Origin: an uncultured Candidatus Saccharibacteria bacterium
GTDB taxonomy: Bacteria; Patescibacteriota; Saccharimonadia; Saccharimonadales; AWTP1-31
Assembly (NCBI GenBank): GCA_964409615.1
Contig: CAYPDT010000001.1
Span: forward strand, 435,880-499,879
Reading direction: 5' to 3'
DNA: 64,000 nucleotides
The notes below the pieces were generated by a model that worked only from the letters and a program-made list of their open reading frames with translations, was not told where the DNA came from and searched no databases. How positions within the stretch are numbered: position 1 is the stretch's first letter; the number at the start of each line of letters is the position of its first letter. Shown in pieces: positions 17,001-25,127 of this stretch. A program made the translations under genes and the position numbers.

Positions 17001-19184
17001 AACGTCGTTAATAAACAGCTCCACCTTATAACCGGCAGGGGCGCGTCCGTGCGCCGTATAGGTTGCTGAGGTAAGCTGTGTATTCGGCAAGGGGTCGGTA
17101 ATCGTCACAGTTTCGACACTAAAGTCTATCGACTTTTCAGCGAGGCTATTTTGCGTTGCAGTCACTTGACTGTTAATAGCGCCAGATACGCCTTCTTCAA
17201 GTGGTGCAACAATCTCATTCACTTCAGTAGTAGTGAGATTATACGTATAGTCGTGAAATATTTGATCTGATTCGTCTACATGGTACACAATGACTGGATC
17301 AGGTACAGCACTAAAGCGTATAACCTTATTTGATTGATTTACAATAGTTGTTGTCTGGCCCGTTGTGAGATTGAGCTGTTTGATCGCACCGCCCGTGTAG
17401 GAGTCAGTGTATTCAGCGTAGTAGCCAATATTAGCATCAAAGGGCGATTGATAAAGCGGGTTGTACGCAGACTGCTGATTAGGGCCAAGCGAAATACTGG
17501 GCTCTAGTGTTCGATCCGTTAGGTTGACGACGACAATAATGTCGCCAACTAAATTGTTGCTATAGTTAGCAACATAGGCTCTCGTGCCTGATGGATTAAC
17601 CAGGATGTCACCCACCCCTCCACAATTGTTTCCTACCTGCACTGGCGTTAGAAGCTGACCACCTACCAAGTCAATAGTTCGAAGTACAAGTGGCTGTCCG
17701 TAACTATCACAAGAGGCGAAGGTCATCGCACTGTCATCTGAGTTAATTTTTATGTTGCTCATAATGGGATTGCCCGCAAGCACAATTTCGTCAACAAGTT
17801 GCTGACTAGCGATATCGATCTTCACAAACTTCCCTTGGATCCGAACCCATACTTCATCTTGATTATTTGTCAACACCACTTGGCTCGCTTGGTAGCCTGA
17901 TTGCTCCGTTTCGTATGGCAATAGATCGATTGTCTGGACAGTGGCGTCAGCCATAGTAATCGAGACAAAAGTGGTTGTGGTGTGTAATAGGTACATTGAC
18001 TGAGACTTTGACAACGTACCAAATTCGGTTCCACTGCGATCCGTCATCCGTATGTCTTCAGAAGTCTCAAATATCTGGCCCACCAGCTCTTGGGTTGTGG
18101 TATCAATAACAGCCACGCGAGTTCCGGTAGCGTTTCCGCCACTATTGTAGATCTTGCCCACTACAACTACTCGTTGCTCATTGGTGCTCGCAATGATTCT
18201 CTCGGGTCGGAAGGGTAGCTGAACCGTCTTTATGAGATCGCCCTGGCTCGTGTCGATAATGCTAGCACCGCCGGTAGAATAGTCTGTTGAATTATAGTTA
18301 GATGACCCGCGTGTTAGTACGTATAGTCGTTGTTTAGTGGGTAGTGTCACATTCCCTAGTGATGTGTCGCTGGCTTCCATCGGCAACACAATTGTGCCCG
18401 TAATCTTATGTTCGATAGTATTAATTACCCTTACGCCGTCGTAGCTAACAGAGTATAGGTATTTGCCACTTTCTTGAGCATTAACGGTGATATTGTGGCC
18501 ACCAAGCGCCAAATTATTTACTGGCTGAAATGACCACTGGCCTTTACTAGTAGACGTAGTTGTGCCTGCAGACTGACCATCAAGTGTAATAGTTAGTATG
18601 CTGTTAGGTGGTGCAGTACCTCGTAAAATTGGACGAGGCGTAAAGGCCACGAAGCCACTAGTACCGCTTCCCGATATAGTGATGTCTAGATTTTTTGCCT
18701 GTATAAACCGCTGACTACCGAACACTATAACCAGTCCTAGTAGCGTAAAGCTAGCTAATCCTACAAACCCACTGTATGCAAACGATTTCCATCTACTCCG
18801 CACAAGCGGGATGGTCACGACCCGCACATGGTGTGACAGGTTGTACTTAACTTCTGGAAGTGCAATACGTAATGGTGCTTTGTGTTGCCTATAATCGATG
18901 GTCAGGTACAGTAGAACCCCAATCACCAGAGCCGTGCCGATTCCAAACACTAAAGTTATTGCCTGACTATTTAGGCCAAGAAGCGAATTGTGCAAATTTT
19001 CGTAAGATGGACGACCTAACGGACTCCAGCTTACTAAACCCATCAACACCGCAGGCCCAAACACTGTCAATACACATTGCAAAATATTGCGGCGAATTCT
19101 TCGTTTCTTAGAAATTTGGTAGTGGTCATGTTGAATAGAATATACCGACTTTTCACTATTTTTTTGGAAAAATTTTATCCTCAT
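14097..19184 (-). CDS. Giant sensor histidine kinase with extracytoplasmic Ig-like and beta-propeller region (1,695 aa)
   Basis: N-terminal TM helices. Ig-like segments (LRGTAPPNSILTITLDGQSAG..GQWSF; APAGYKVELFINDVQKG...NNWTYQLTGLTPGAATITAQA). YVTN-type propeller-like repeats (GTRAYVANYSNN...). P/Q-rich linker, then more TM helices. H-box-like ITNHYLNTPVAIMSGALELL. HATPase_c motifs: N box (LTDNSIMFSKPGG), G1 (VIDNGTGI), G2 (GLGLSL). Confidence 0.8.
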   Translation of the reverse strand: MRIKFFQKNSEKSVYSIQHDHYQISKKRRIRRNILQCVLTVFGPAVLMGLVSWSPLGRPSYENLHNSLLGLNSQAITLVFGIGTALVIGVLLYLTIDYRQHKAPLRIALPEVKYNLSHHVRVVTIPLVRSRWKSFAYSGFVGLASFTLLGLVIVFGSQRFIQAKNLDITISGSGTSGFVAFTPRPILRGTAPPNSILTITLDGQSAGTTTSTSKGQWSFQPVNNLALGGHNITVNAQESGKYLYSVSYDGVRVINTIEHKITGTIVLPMEASDTSLGNVTLPTKQRLYVLTRGSSNYNSTDYSTGGASIIDTSQGDLIKTVQLPFRPERIIASTNEQRVVVVGKIYNSGGNATGTRVAVIDTTTQELVGQIFETSEDIRMTDRSGTEFGTLSKSQSMYLLHTTTTFVSITMADATVQTIDLLPYETEQSGYQASQVVLTNNQDEVWVRIQGKFVKIDIASQQLVDEIVLAGNPIMSNIKINSDDSAMTFASCDSYGQPLVLRTIDLVGGQLLTPVQVGNNCGGVGDILVNPSGTRAYVANYSNNLVGDIIVVVNLTDRTLEPSISLGPNQQSAYNPLYQSPFDANIGYYAEYTDSYTGGAIKQLNLTTGQTTTIVNQSNKVIRFSAVPDPVIVYHVDESDQIFHDYTYNLTTTEVNEIVAPLEEGVSGAINSQVTATQNSLAEKSIDFSVETVTITDPLPNTQLTSATYTAHGRAPAGYKVELFINDVQKGAAVADQNNNWTYQLTGLTPGAATITAQASADSTGFPIAYLGEEFNVTGYQFYNFAQNQVEIHDDIDFDGRIPQYLSPDGNVALTFSMDSYSQAGLTLYKYDLVTKQTTGSATIGMDVFENCSVFTSADGLKTYFINTSTANKYTELNLTTMQTTTYDLDTNGPFNITTGNVMKKIAQSPDRTKIYIPTGLDSAVDIFDTTTGQITRLNTSKKMLAVDAPSNDFFIVYGGEYQGNPSDGDFYVDTYQIFDAHSYTLLGTYPVTSRYYSRVTADYRADQQKLYLSPAISGAVGDMKVINTNDWTVNRDVTFAKNISNGSGDNTVGITQDGTIAFMVSGSSNLLQRFDTTTGNALSSKEFPGIVREIAPLQESPGKYTFRQGDGNWGIYNSTTNSIESILEIGTIGFVFSSSLLNANSGFLNFKGFVAGRVQVNVQVVLGTETTNPPDPTAPSGGSTGTNSTMPPPRVPTRPVPNMTQNQPVASGNQEPQPLQQQQNQQLLQRRPVGSITELPKTKAVVKKPFIVEPIARAISWFILLVLLFLALLYGRRGYKEYLVRRQLQEQLEHMKTIKQATDSYVSITNHYLNTPVAIMSGALELLVSLKKLPDWATQRLETALKKYGQDVHQLASQSQLELSSPVVTSSTAWSGGGDTSPLMQKAVWLPIVVAGSLFALVTLLFGLTNVYVLASVQTALQVICLVLFAVLLVGFQKYKDVQRASQEIARSAIISQQKLIEERNAFMSRAAETLAGHYENITIISQELHAIPETRTFFNGLHALGQMVESLQKVRLYSAKTVDSPELNLGQEVPRAISKLQAKAAEKQVQLQLDVPASLRVAIQPQELAQIIESLTDNSIMFSKPGGRVTISAQQAGNWVNLRVIDNGTGIDPDHLAHLSEPFYRATSTETFNYEGLGLSLHINRIIAEKLGGRLEVRSSKNGTTVTVRLPALQKSKKLAPLLVAPITANASI

Positions 19185-19230
19185 ATCACTTCACTTATGC
19201 TTACTAAAACTATAGCATAAGTCACCGGCA

Positions 19231-19494
19231 TTAGACGTTGATAAACAGAGATATCTGGTTACTCGAAACTTTTAGAATACCGTTATCAATAGCAAAAGTT
19301 TTTGCCCCTTGTTCTGTCTCGATAGCTACCGTGCAATCAGTCAGTATAGCCAACATGTTTGCATGCCCTGGCAAGACATCGAGCGGGCCAATGTTGTTAG
19401 CCGCCGACAACGAAAAAGCCTTACCCTCGAATAATACTTCTTTCATGGAGTAGGCCTTAATCTGCAGTTCAGGATTGGCCGTCAGATGTTTCAT
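19231..19494 (-). CDS. atpC: F1 ATP synthase subunit epsilon, beta-sandwich domain only (87 aa from ATG 19494)
   Basis: LQIKAYSMKEVLFEGKAFSLSAANNIGPLDVLPGHANMLAILTDCTVAIE fits the epsilon N-terminal domain (..G..GILPGH.P....L). Last gene of the atp operon. The ORF-track start at 19542 is less likely. No C-terminal helical hairpin. Confidence 0.7.
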   Translation of the reverse strand: MKHLTANPELQIKAYSMKEVLFEGKAFSLSAANNIGPLDVLPGHANMLAILTDCTVAIETEQGAKTFAIDNGILKVSSNQISLFINV

Positions 19495-20836
19495 CTGGCT
19501 CCTTTGGCGTAGCCTTGGTGCTTCCAAGAATTTTTTCGACACCCTTTAGAGTTTGCTCGCGGGTGAAATATTCACCCTTTTTGCCACTCAAATCCTCGGT
19601 TACAAACATCCGCTGTGAAAAGAACTGGGTCAGTTCTTGGGCACGCTCATAGTCTAGCCGATCTTCGGGTGAAAGCTCACTTTCACCCACAATAGCAATG
19701 ATTGTTCGCAGGCTGTAATACTTGCGCATGATTGCTTTTACTCGACCTACCAAATTAAAATGACGTTCGCCAAGTATCTCGGGAGTAATCAAAGAGCTTG
19801 TGGTATTGAGTAAATCTACAGCCGGGAAAATTCCACGCTCAAATACATCACGCGACAACACAATTGTAGAATCAAGTTGCTGGCTTATCTCTACCACTGC
19901 CGGATCGCTCAGGTCATCTGCAGGAATAAAAATAGATTGGATTGAGGTGATACTTCCCTTGTCGGTGGCGTGCAACGAGTCTTCGAAGCGGTGGAGGTCC
20001 GAGAATAAACTGGCCTGGTAACCACCTTCGCTCGGTGTGGTGCCTCGCATAGCAGCCAGCTCATTGCGAGCTTGCACAAAACGATAGATATTATCCACGA
20101 AAAACAGCACATCTTTACCTTGGTCGGTAAAAGAGTGTGCCACGGTTGCTGCCGAAGGGCCGACCAATGAACGTAGTGCGGCATTTTCATTCATCTGGCC
20201 CATAAACATAACCGTTGATTCACCCAAGCCACGATCCTTAAGGGTGTGGAACAGTTCATGGCCTTCACGTATACGCTCACCAATACCCACAAAAAAGCTG
20301 AGAGCGGTTTGTTTGTCAGCCACGTTATGCATCATCTCGGTGGTCAATACCGTTTTCCCTACACCAGCGCCTCCAATAATGCCGATGCGTCGTCCTTTTA
20401 CAAACGGTGCCATGAAGTCGATAACTTTGATTCCGGTTTCGAGCACTTCGGGTTTGCGTTTTTTGCTGAGCAATTGGCGGGGTGCAGTACTCAGTGGTAC
20501 GGTTCGGCTGCTTTTTAAATCTCCCTCGCCATCTATTACACGCCCTGTAGAATCAAAAACGCGGCCCAACACTGCTTGCCCAACCGGCAACATTACCGAA
20601 GCCTCGCCCAACACAACCACATCATGTTGCTGCAGTTGCGGAGAGCCGAAGATATTAAGACAGTACACCGTGTCGTCAGTTGAGTTCTCGACAATTAACA
20701 TCACATCTGGTTTATCAACGACACTGAGCATCTGCCCAGCTTCGGGTCGCTGGTCATTGGTCAGTCGCACCACCACAAATAAATCATTCAACGCGCGGAT
20801 AGAGCCGACTTGTCCGGCGTGTGTTTTGGTAGGCAT
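19469..20836 (-). CDS. atpD: F1 ATP synthase subunit beta (455 aa)
   Basis: Walker A GGAGVGKTV; beta-type sequence throughout (MNENAALR, DNIYRFVQA, SIQSIFIPADDLSDPA); operon position. Confidence 0.93.
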   Translation of the reverse strand: MPTKTHAGQVGSIRALNDLFVVVRLTNDQRPEAGQMLSVVDKPDVMLIVENSTDDTVYCLNIFGSPQLQQHDVVVLGEASVMLPVGQAVLGRVFDSTGRVIDGEGDLKSSRTVPLSTAPRQLLSKKRKPEVLETGIKVIDFMAPFVKGRRIGIIGGAGVGKTVLTTEMMHNVADKQTALSFFVGIGERIREGHELFHTLKDRGLGESTVMFMGQMNENAALRSLVGPSAATVAHSFTDQGKDVLFFVDNIYRFVQARNELAAMRGTTPSEGGYQASLFSDLHRFEDSLHATDKGSITSIQSIFIPADDLSDPAVVEISQQLDSTIVLSRDVFERGIFPAVDLLNTTSSLITPEILGERHFNLVGRVKAIMRKYYSLRTIIAIVGESELSPEDRLDYERAQELTQFFSQRMFVTEDLSGKKGEYFTREQTLKGVEKILGSTKATPKEPDETSDGQS

Positions 20837-21687
20837 TATAATCCCCTCGCTGCTATGGTTATTTGTCTGGTTAGTTCATCACGTTCGGTACGTTTACTAG
20901 ATAAAAATTCTAGAAAAGTATGTTTTCGTTGCTTCACGGCACGTTCGTGGGCCAACGTCATGTTGGTAAAGCGGCTGGCCAATTGCGCCAAGCGGGATTC
21001 TAATAAAAGCTGGGTGACAGTGGTGTACAACATGGTTTGTTCTAATGTCAAAATTGCCACCTCTAGAGATGGTTCAAAGATATAGTTGCCCGAGGCAATA
21101 ATCTCGGCTTCACCGGTTTCTATCATGGCTTTTTCTTCTGCAGTCAATTGTTGTGCTTCTAGTAAAAACTTGCGTTTAGCTGCCTGTTGTGTGGTTAGTG
21201 AAATGTAGGCATCGTAAAAAGCGGTAGCGGTTTCGTAGGTACGAATCAAATCAACAATCGGGCCTACGGTAAAATCTTTAGTAATATCGGGTACCTCGAA
21301 GGCTCGAATTGGCTGTATGCCATGCTGCTTAAGCAGCTGTGCCCCGTGCGACCCAATGACTACTACATCTTGGCGATCAGCATGATAATGGGCTTTGAGG
21401 TCCGCCAAAATCTGTTCGTCATTTTGGCCGGTTAAGCCAGCTGGTGAGGCAACAAACAAGAATAGCTCTTTAGTGCTAATAGCAGCATCTCGTAGCGTAA
21501 TACGGGTTTCAGTGCGTAGTTGCTGATAGATTTCCCAGAGGTCGTTATAAAACATTTTAGAGCTCAGTACTTGCTGCCTAATAGATCGAATTTTGACACT
21601 GGCGGTGTTTTGGAATACCTCAGTTAAATCTTCGATTACACGAACAGTTTGTAACTCATCTTTCAGTAATCTCGTCCTGGCGTTCAT
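20836..21687 (-). CDS. atpG: F1 ATP synthase subunit gamma (283 aa)
   Basis: Lies between alpha and beta with 1-nt and 4-nt overlaps. Size and helical N/C termini are typical of gamma. Confidence 0.75.
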   Translation of the reverse strand: MNARTRLLKDELQTVRVIEDLTEVFQNTASVKIRSIRQQVLSSKMFYNDLWEIYQQLRTETRITLRDAAISTKELFLFVASPAGLTGQNDEQILADLKAHYHADRQDVVVIGSHGAQLLKQHGIQPIRAFEVPDITKDFTVGPIVDLIRTYETATAFYDAYISLTTQQAAKRKFLLEAQQLTAEEKAMIETGEAEIIASGNYIFEPSLEVAILTLEQTMLYTTVTQLLLESRLAQLASRFTNMTLAHERAVKQRKHTFLEFLSSKRTERDELTRQITIAARGL

Positions 21688-23096
21688 GATGAGTGCCCCA
21701 CATAAGTATCAACCATCTTTTGAGCTAAGTCGGCGTGTGTCTCAGAGGCAAGTGCCGAGTTCACTACTTTCTTGACTGCCTTTTTGATAGCTGGCATATC
21801 GAGCATTCTCTCGCCAGCCAAGAAAGCCGTCTTTAACATCACCTGTTGTTCGGGTAGTGTAAAGAATTCGGTTGGCGCCTGGTTAAAGAAGGTTCGAATA
21901 CGTTCTCCAAGACGAAGTGCTTGGCGATATTGATCTGGTAGTTCCTGACCAAAATGAGCAAATTCACTTGCCTGGCGATACGAGGCAAGGGTGGTGAATA
22001 TATCTTGAGCAAGTGCTTTTTGTAGGTTTTCTTGGGCACGCCCACCAACACGAGACACGCTCAAGCCAACATTAACTGGCGGGGTGCTACCTTTCTGCAT
22101 TTCTTCGGTATCAAAGATAATTTGCCCATCCGTAATAGAGATGAGGCTGGTAGAAAGATGGCTGGTTATATCGTTATTGCTGGTCGTCATAATCGGTAAA
22201 GCCGACAGCGAACGCTGGTTACTTTTCAGCTTCCCCGCTCGCTCTAGTAATGATGAATGACGGTAGAACATATCACCAGGATACGATTCGCGGCCGGGCG
22301 ACACATCGGCCAAGAGTGACATTTCGCGGTACACCTTGGCATGATTTGCAAGGTCATCATAAATAACCACTACATCAGTATCGTTATGCCAGAAATACTC
22401 ACCAACTGCAGCACCTGCATAGGGGGCCAAAAACGCCAGCGGCAAGGCGGTCAAACTATCAGCCACTATGAGCACCGTGTTTTTGAGTGTGCCATTGGCC
22501 TCTAGATAGTCGACAAGTTGCTCTACATCTGTTTTACGCTTGGCAATTAACACAAAGATAACTACGCGACCAAGCCGGGCTTGGTTCACTGCAGCCTGTG
22601 CGGCAAAACTAGTTTTACCAGACTTTGAGTCACCCATAATAGCGATGCGTTGACCCATAACAATCGGGAATAAAGTATCAACTACCGTAACACCTGTTTC
22701 AAGCTGCTGGTTTAGCATCACCCGCTCCGAGAAAGAAGGAGCAGGAGCAAACACTGAGTACGATTCTTTAGAAATCAGCGGAGCGCCACCGTCTAGCCCC
22801 CTGAGTAAGGGGTCTACTACCCTACCGAGTAGTGCATGACTAGGAGCAATTGTTAATGCATCACGATACATTACTACGTTGCCACCTACTGTTGCAGTCT
22901 CGCTGGTTAGCAAGTCAATCATTACCAATTCGTCAGTTATGCTGCGCACAAAACCAACGTCTCCGGCTTCGGTAACAACTTGGCTTCCAAGCATCACCCC
23001 AGGCATACCGCTAACTGTGAGGATGAAGCGATTAACTGCAACAATCTCACCCACCGGCATATTGGCGTTGATAAGCCGTTTATAGAGTTGGCTCAT
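21684..23096 (-). CDS. atpA: F1 ATP synthase subunit alpha (470 aa)
   Basis: Walker A GDSKSGKTS; alpha-type motifs (IYDDLANHAKVYREMSLL, PGRESYPGDMFYRHSSLLERA); operon position. Confidence 0.92.
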   Translation of the reverse strand: MSQLYKRLINANMPVGEIVAVNRFILTVSGMPGVMLGSQVVTEAGDVGFVRSITDELVMIDLLTSETATVGGNVVMYRDALTIAPSHALLGRVVDPLLRGLDGGAPLISKESYSVFAPAPSFSERVMLNQQLETGVTVVDTLFPIVMGQRIAIMGDSKSGKTSFAAQAAVNQARLGRVVIFVLIAKRKTDVEQLVDYLEANGTLKNTVLIVADSLTALPLAFLAPYAGAAVGEYFWHNDTDVVVIYDDLANHAKVYREMSLLADVSPGRESYPGDMFYRHSSLLERAGKLKSNQRSLSALPIMTTSNNDITSHLSTSLISITDGQIIFDTEEMQKGSTPPVNVGLSVSRVGGRAQENLQKALAQDIFTTLASYRQASEFAHFGQELPDQYRQALRLGERIRTFFNQAPTEFFTLPEQQVMLKTAFLAGERMLDMPAIKKAVKKVVNSALASETHADLAQKMVDTYVGHSS

Positions 23097-23542
23097 ACCG
23101 CAAGCCTTTTCATTAGTCGTGCCCTACCGGCAAAAAAGCCAGATTGCAACGAGTGGTCGTAATGCTTCTTTGGTGTCTGAATTATCACACCCGCACCAAT
23201 AGTGCTATCAGTACGAAAACTTACTATCACTCGGCCGGTCATCTGAGCACTAAACCAGTTCTGGATGGCTTGCTGCTGGGCTTCTTCCAGAGGTTGGGCA
23301 GTCACAATTTTTACTACCGGCAATTCTGCTACTAATCGCCCAACTTCCGACCGCAGCTGTGCAGTGGTTTGGGCAGTAAGCTGGTCTAAACCATTCTCTG
23401 TAAGTATTGCCTGTAAATCTACAGACAACCCATGTTTTTTTCGCTTAGTCGAAAGAGCAACATCAAGTTCTGCCAAGAGTTGCTTGAGGCGTTCGAGAGT
23501 GCCGATAGATACCGGTATGCTAATTGCTGCCCTACTCACCAC
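23093..23542 (-). CDS. atpH: ATP synthase subunit delta (OSCP-like, 149 aa)
   Basis: Lies between b and alpha. The C-terminal part, VSFRTDSTIGAGVIIQTPKKHYDHSLQ, resembles the delta C-terminal pattern (..D.SLIGG..I..G....D.S). Confidence 0.65.
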   Translation of the reverse strand: MVSRAAISIPVSIGTLERLKQLLAELDVALSTKRKKHGLSVDLQAILTENGLDQLTAQTTAQLRSEVGRLVAELPVVKIVTAQPLEEAQQQAIQNWFSAQMTGRVIVSFRTDSTIGAGVIIQTPKKHYDHSLQSGFFAGRARLMKRLAV

Positions 23543-24149
23543 TTAACTCCTTGAATAAATCATCTTTATTAGCTTCGAGGCGAGCAAGTATAAACTCTTG
23601 CTGGTCACCCAACTCTAAGCCCTGCAAACTACTCTGGAGGTAATCGGCCAAAACGTCAGCAGCCTGCTCTTCTACCAACGACTTCACGCGTGCCAAGACT
23701 TTGGTCCGATAATCACCCAAGACCGCTTGATGTTCTTGTTGCAAAGCCTCTATATCTTTCTGTAGCTTTGCCATGCTCTGTTGTAACGAACCAGCGTCTC
23801 CGGCAACGAGCCCTTTAACTTGTTCTATCTGTTCGGCAGCAGCCTGTTGCAAGGCTTCACGATTTTGGGCCAAGCTTTCTTCTAGATTAGCCAAAGTCTG
23901 TTTTTTAGCTTGAGCCACTACCTCAGCAATCTCTTTCTTAAGCGGGGACATGGCTGAAACAACATGGGCTTGCACATCTTTTTCTAACTCTTTACGGAGG
24001 TTAGCGATAAAGCTTGGTTGTAAGATGGTGAGTTTTAACTCTTGCCGATATTTATCACGCGCCCAGGTTCGCTCGCGCATCAACATAATTAGGGCTATAG
24101 CAGTCACTACAAGACATCCTAAAACCCCCAACCAGCGAACATCAAACAT
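23532..24149 (-). CDS. atpF: ATP synthase subunit b-like (205 aa)
   Basis: Single N-terminal TM helix followed by a long Ala/Gln/Glu-rich coiled coil. Sits immediately upstream of delta. Confidence 0.6.
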   Translation of the reverse strand: MFDVRWLGVLGCLVVTAIALIMLMRERTWARDKYRQELKLTILQPSFIANLRKELEKDVQAHVVSAMSPLKKEIAEVVAQAKKQTLANLEESLAQNREALQQAAAEQIEQVKGLVAGDAGSLQQSMAKLQKDIEALQQEHQAVLGDYRTKVLARVKSLVEEQAADVLADYLQSSLQGLELGDQQEFILARLEANKDDLFKELSGE

Positions 24150-24153
24150 CTTG

Positions 24154-24990
24154 TTAGCCCCCTAATATTAAATAAACTGCCGACGCCGCACCAACCACAA
24201 CAATGGTCGACAAGCCAATCATCACAAACAAACTGCGCCGTATAATACCTTTGCTCAAGGGGTTTCGCCCGATTGAATGAATACTCGACGACACCGAACT
24301 ATACAGAATGGTTGCTGATGCTAATATAGCAAAAAGTACGATTGACACCGCTATCACAGCTTGCACATTACTGACCGGCTTACCCACCGCACTTCCCAGA
24401 AAATTCCGTAAGTTATTGAGCATTGGGCTGTTCGGCTGACCATCGGGTGCCCATTGCTCCACGGTGACGTTGATAATTATTTTGCCCACCTGCACAGTCT
24501 TCTTCTTGCCAGCACTATCACTCAGTTCGACTGTTTTTTTGCCCGTGCCGGCAGTGCCATCAAAATCTTGTTGTGCGATGCCTATGACTTTTCCGGGGCT
24601 ACTTGCCTTCATGGCCACACCGTTAATTGGTGAAATACTCAGGTGGTCACCCTTTTTAATATCCCCGTTGGCAGTTGATACTTGGGTAGGCGTTTGGCCG
24701 TTACTAACCACCTGTATCCTGCTTGACCCATCGGTGAAAGTCACGAGTGCCTGCGTCTGCCCAACAGCCACACCAACCATAGAATCTCTGGTTGTAAGGG
24801 TTGTCATCTCGACCGTCTGAGCGTCTTTGGGGTCAATACTTACCAAAGCTCCTTCGCTGACAGCCGCAGTAGTTTTATAGCCGTTAGACGTAGCGGTTTG
24901 GGCGGCCAAGACAACGGCAGGTGACATAAATCCGATGGCAGAAACTGCCATCACAACAACTGCCACCAAGATTGCTTTATGTCGTAGCAC
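24154..24990 (-). CDS. Secreted-domain protein with C-terminal ATP-synthase c-subunit-like TM hairpin lacking the carboxylate (278 aa); first gene of the atp operon
   Basis: GTG start with AGGAG 4 nt upstream. Signal/TM sequence AILVAVVVMAVSAIGFMSPAVVLA. A ~190-aa beta-rich ectodomain. The C-terminal hairpin has loop SIGRNPLSKGIIRRSL, comparable to the c-subunit loop IARQPEAEGKIRGTL. There is a 4-nt gap to atpF. Confidence 0.6.
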   Translation of the reverse strand: MLRHKAILVAVVVMAVSAIGFMSPAVVLAAQTATSNGYKTTAAVSEGALVSIDPKDAQTVEMTTLTTRDSMVGVAVGQTQALVTFTDGSSRIQVVSNGQTPTQVSTANGDIKKGDHLSISPINGVAMKASSPGKVIGIAQQDFDGTAGTGKKTVELSDSAGKKKTVQVGKIIINVTVEQWAPDGQPNSPMLNNLRNFLGSAVGKPVSNVQAVIAVSIVLFAILASATILYSSVSSSIHSIGRNPLSKGIIRRSLFVMIGLSTIVVVGAASAVYLILGG

Positions 24991-25127
24991 GATTCTCCTG
25001 AAAATTCTTATGATTTAATACTAACATATCTGTTGAGCAAGCCAAAGACGGTATCTTTCATTGCTTGCGGTTTTGTTTTGAGCTACACTATTATAAGATC
25101 ATTAGAAGTGAGGGAGATACTAAATAT

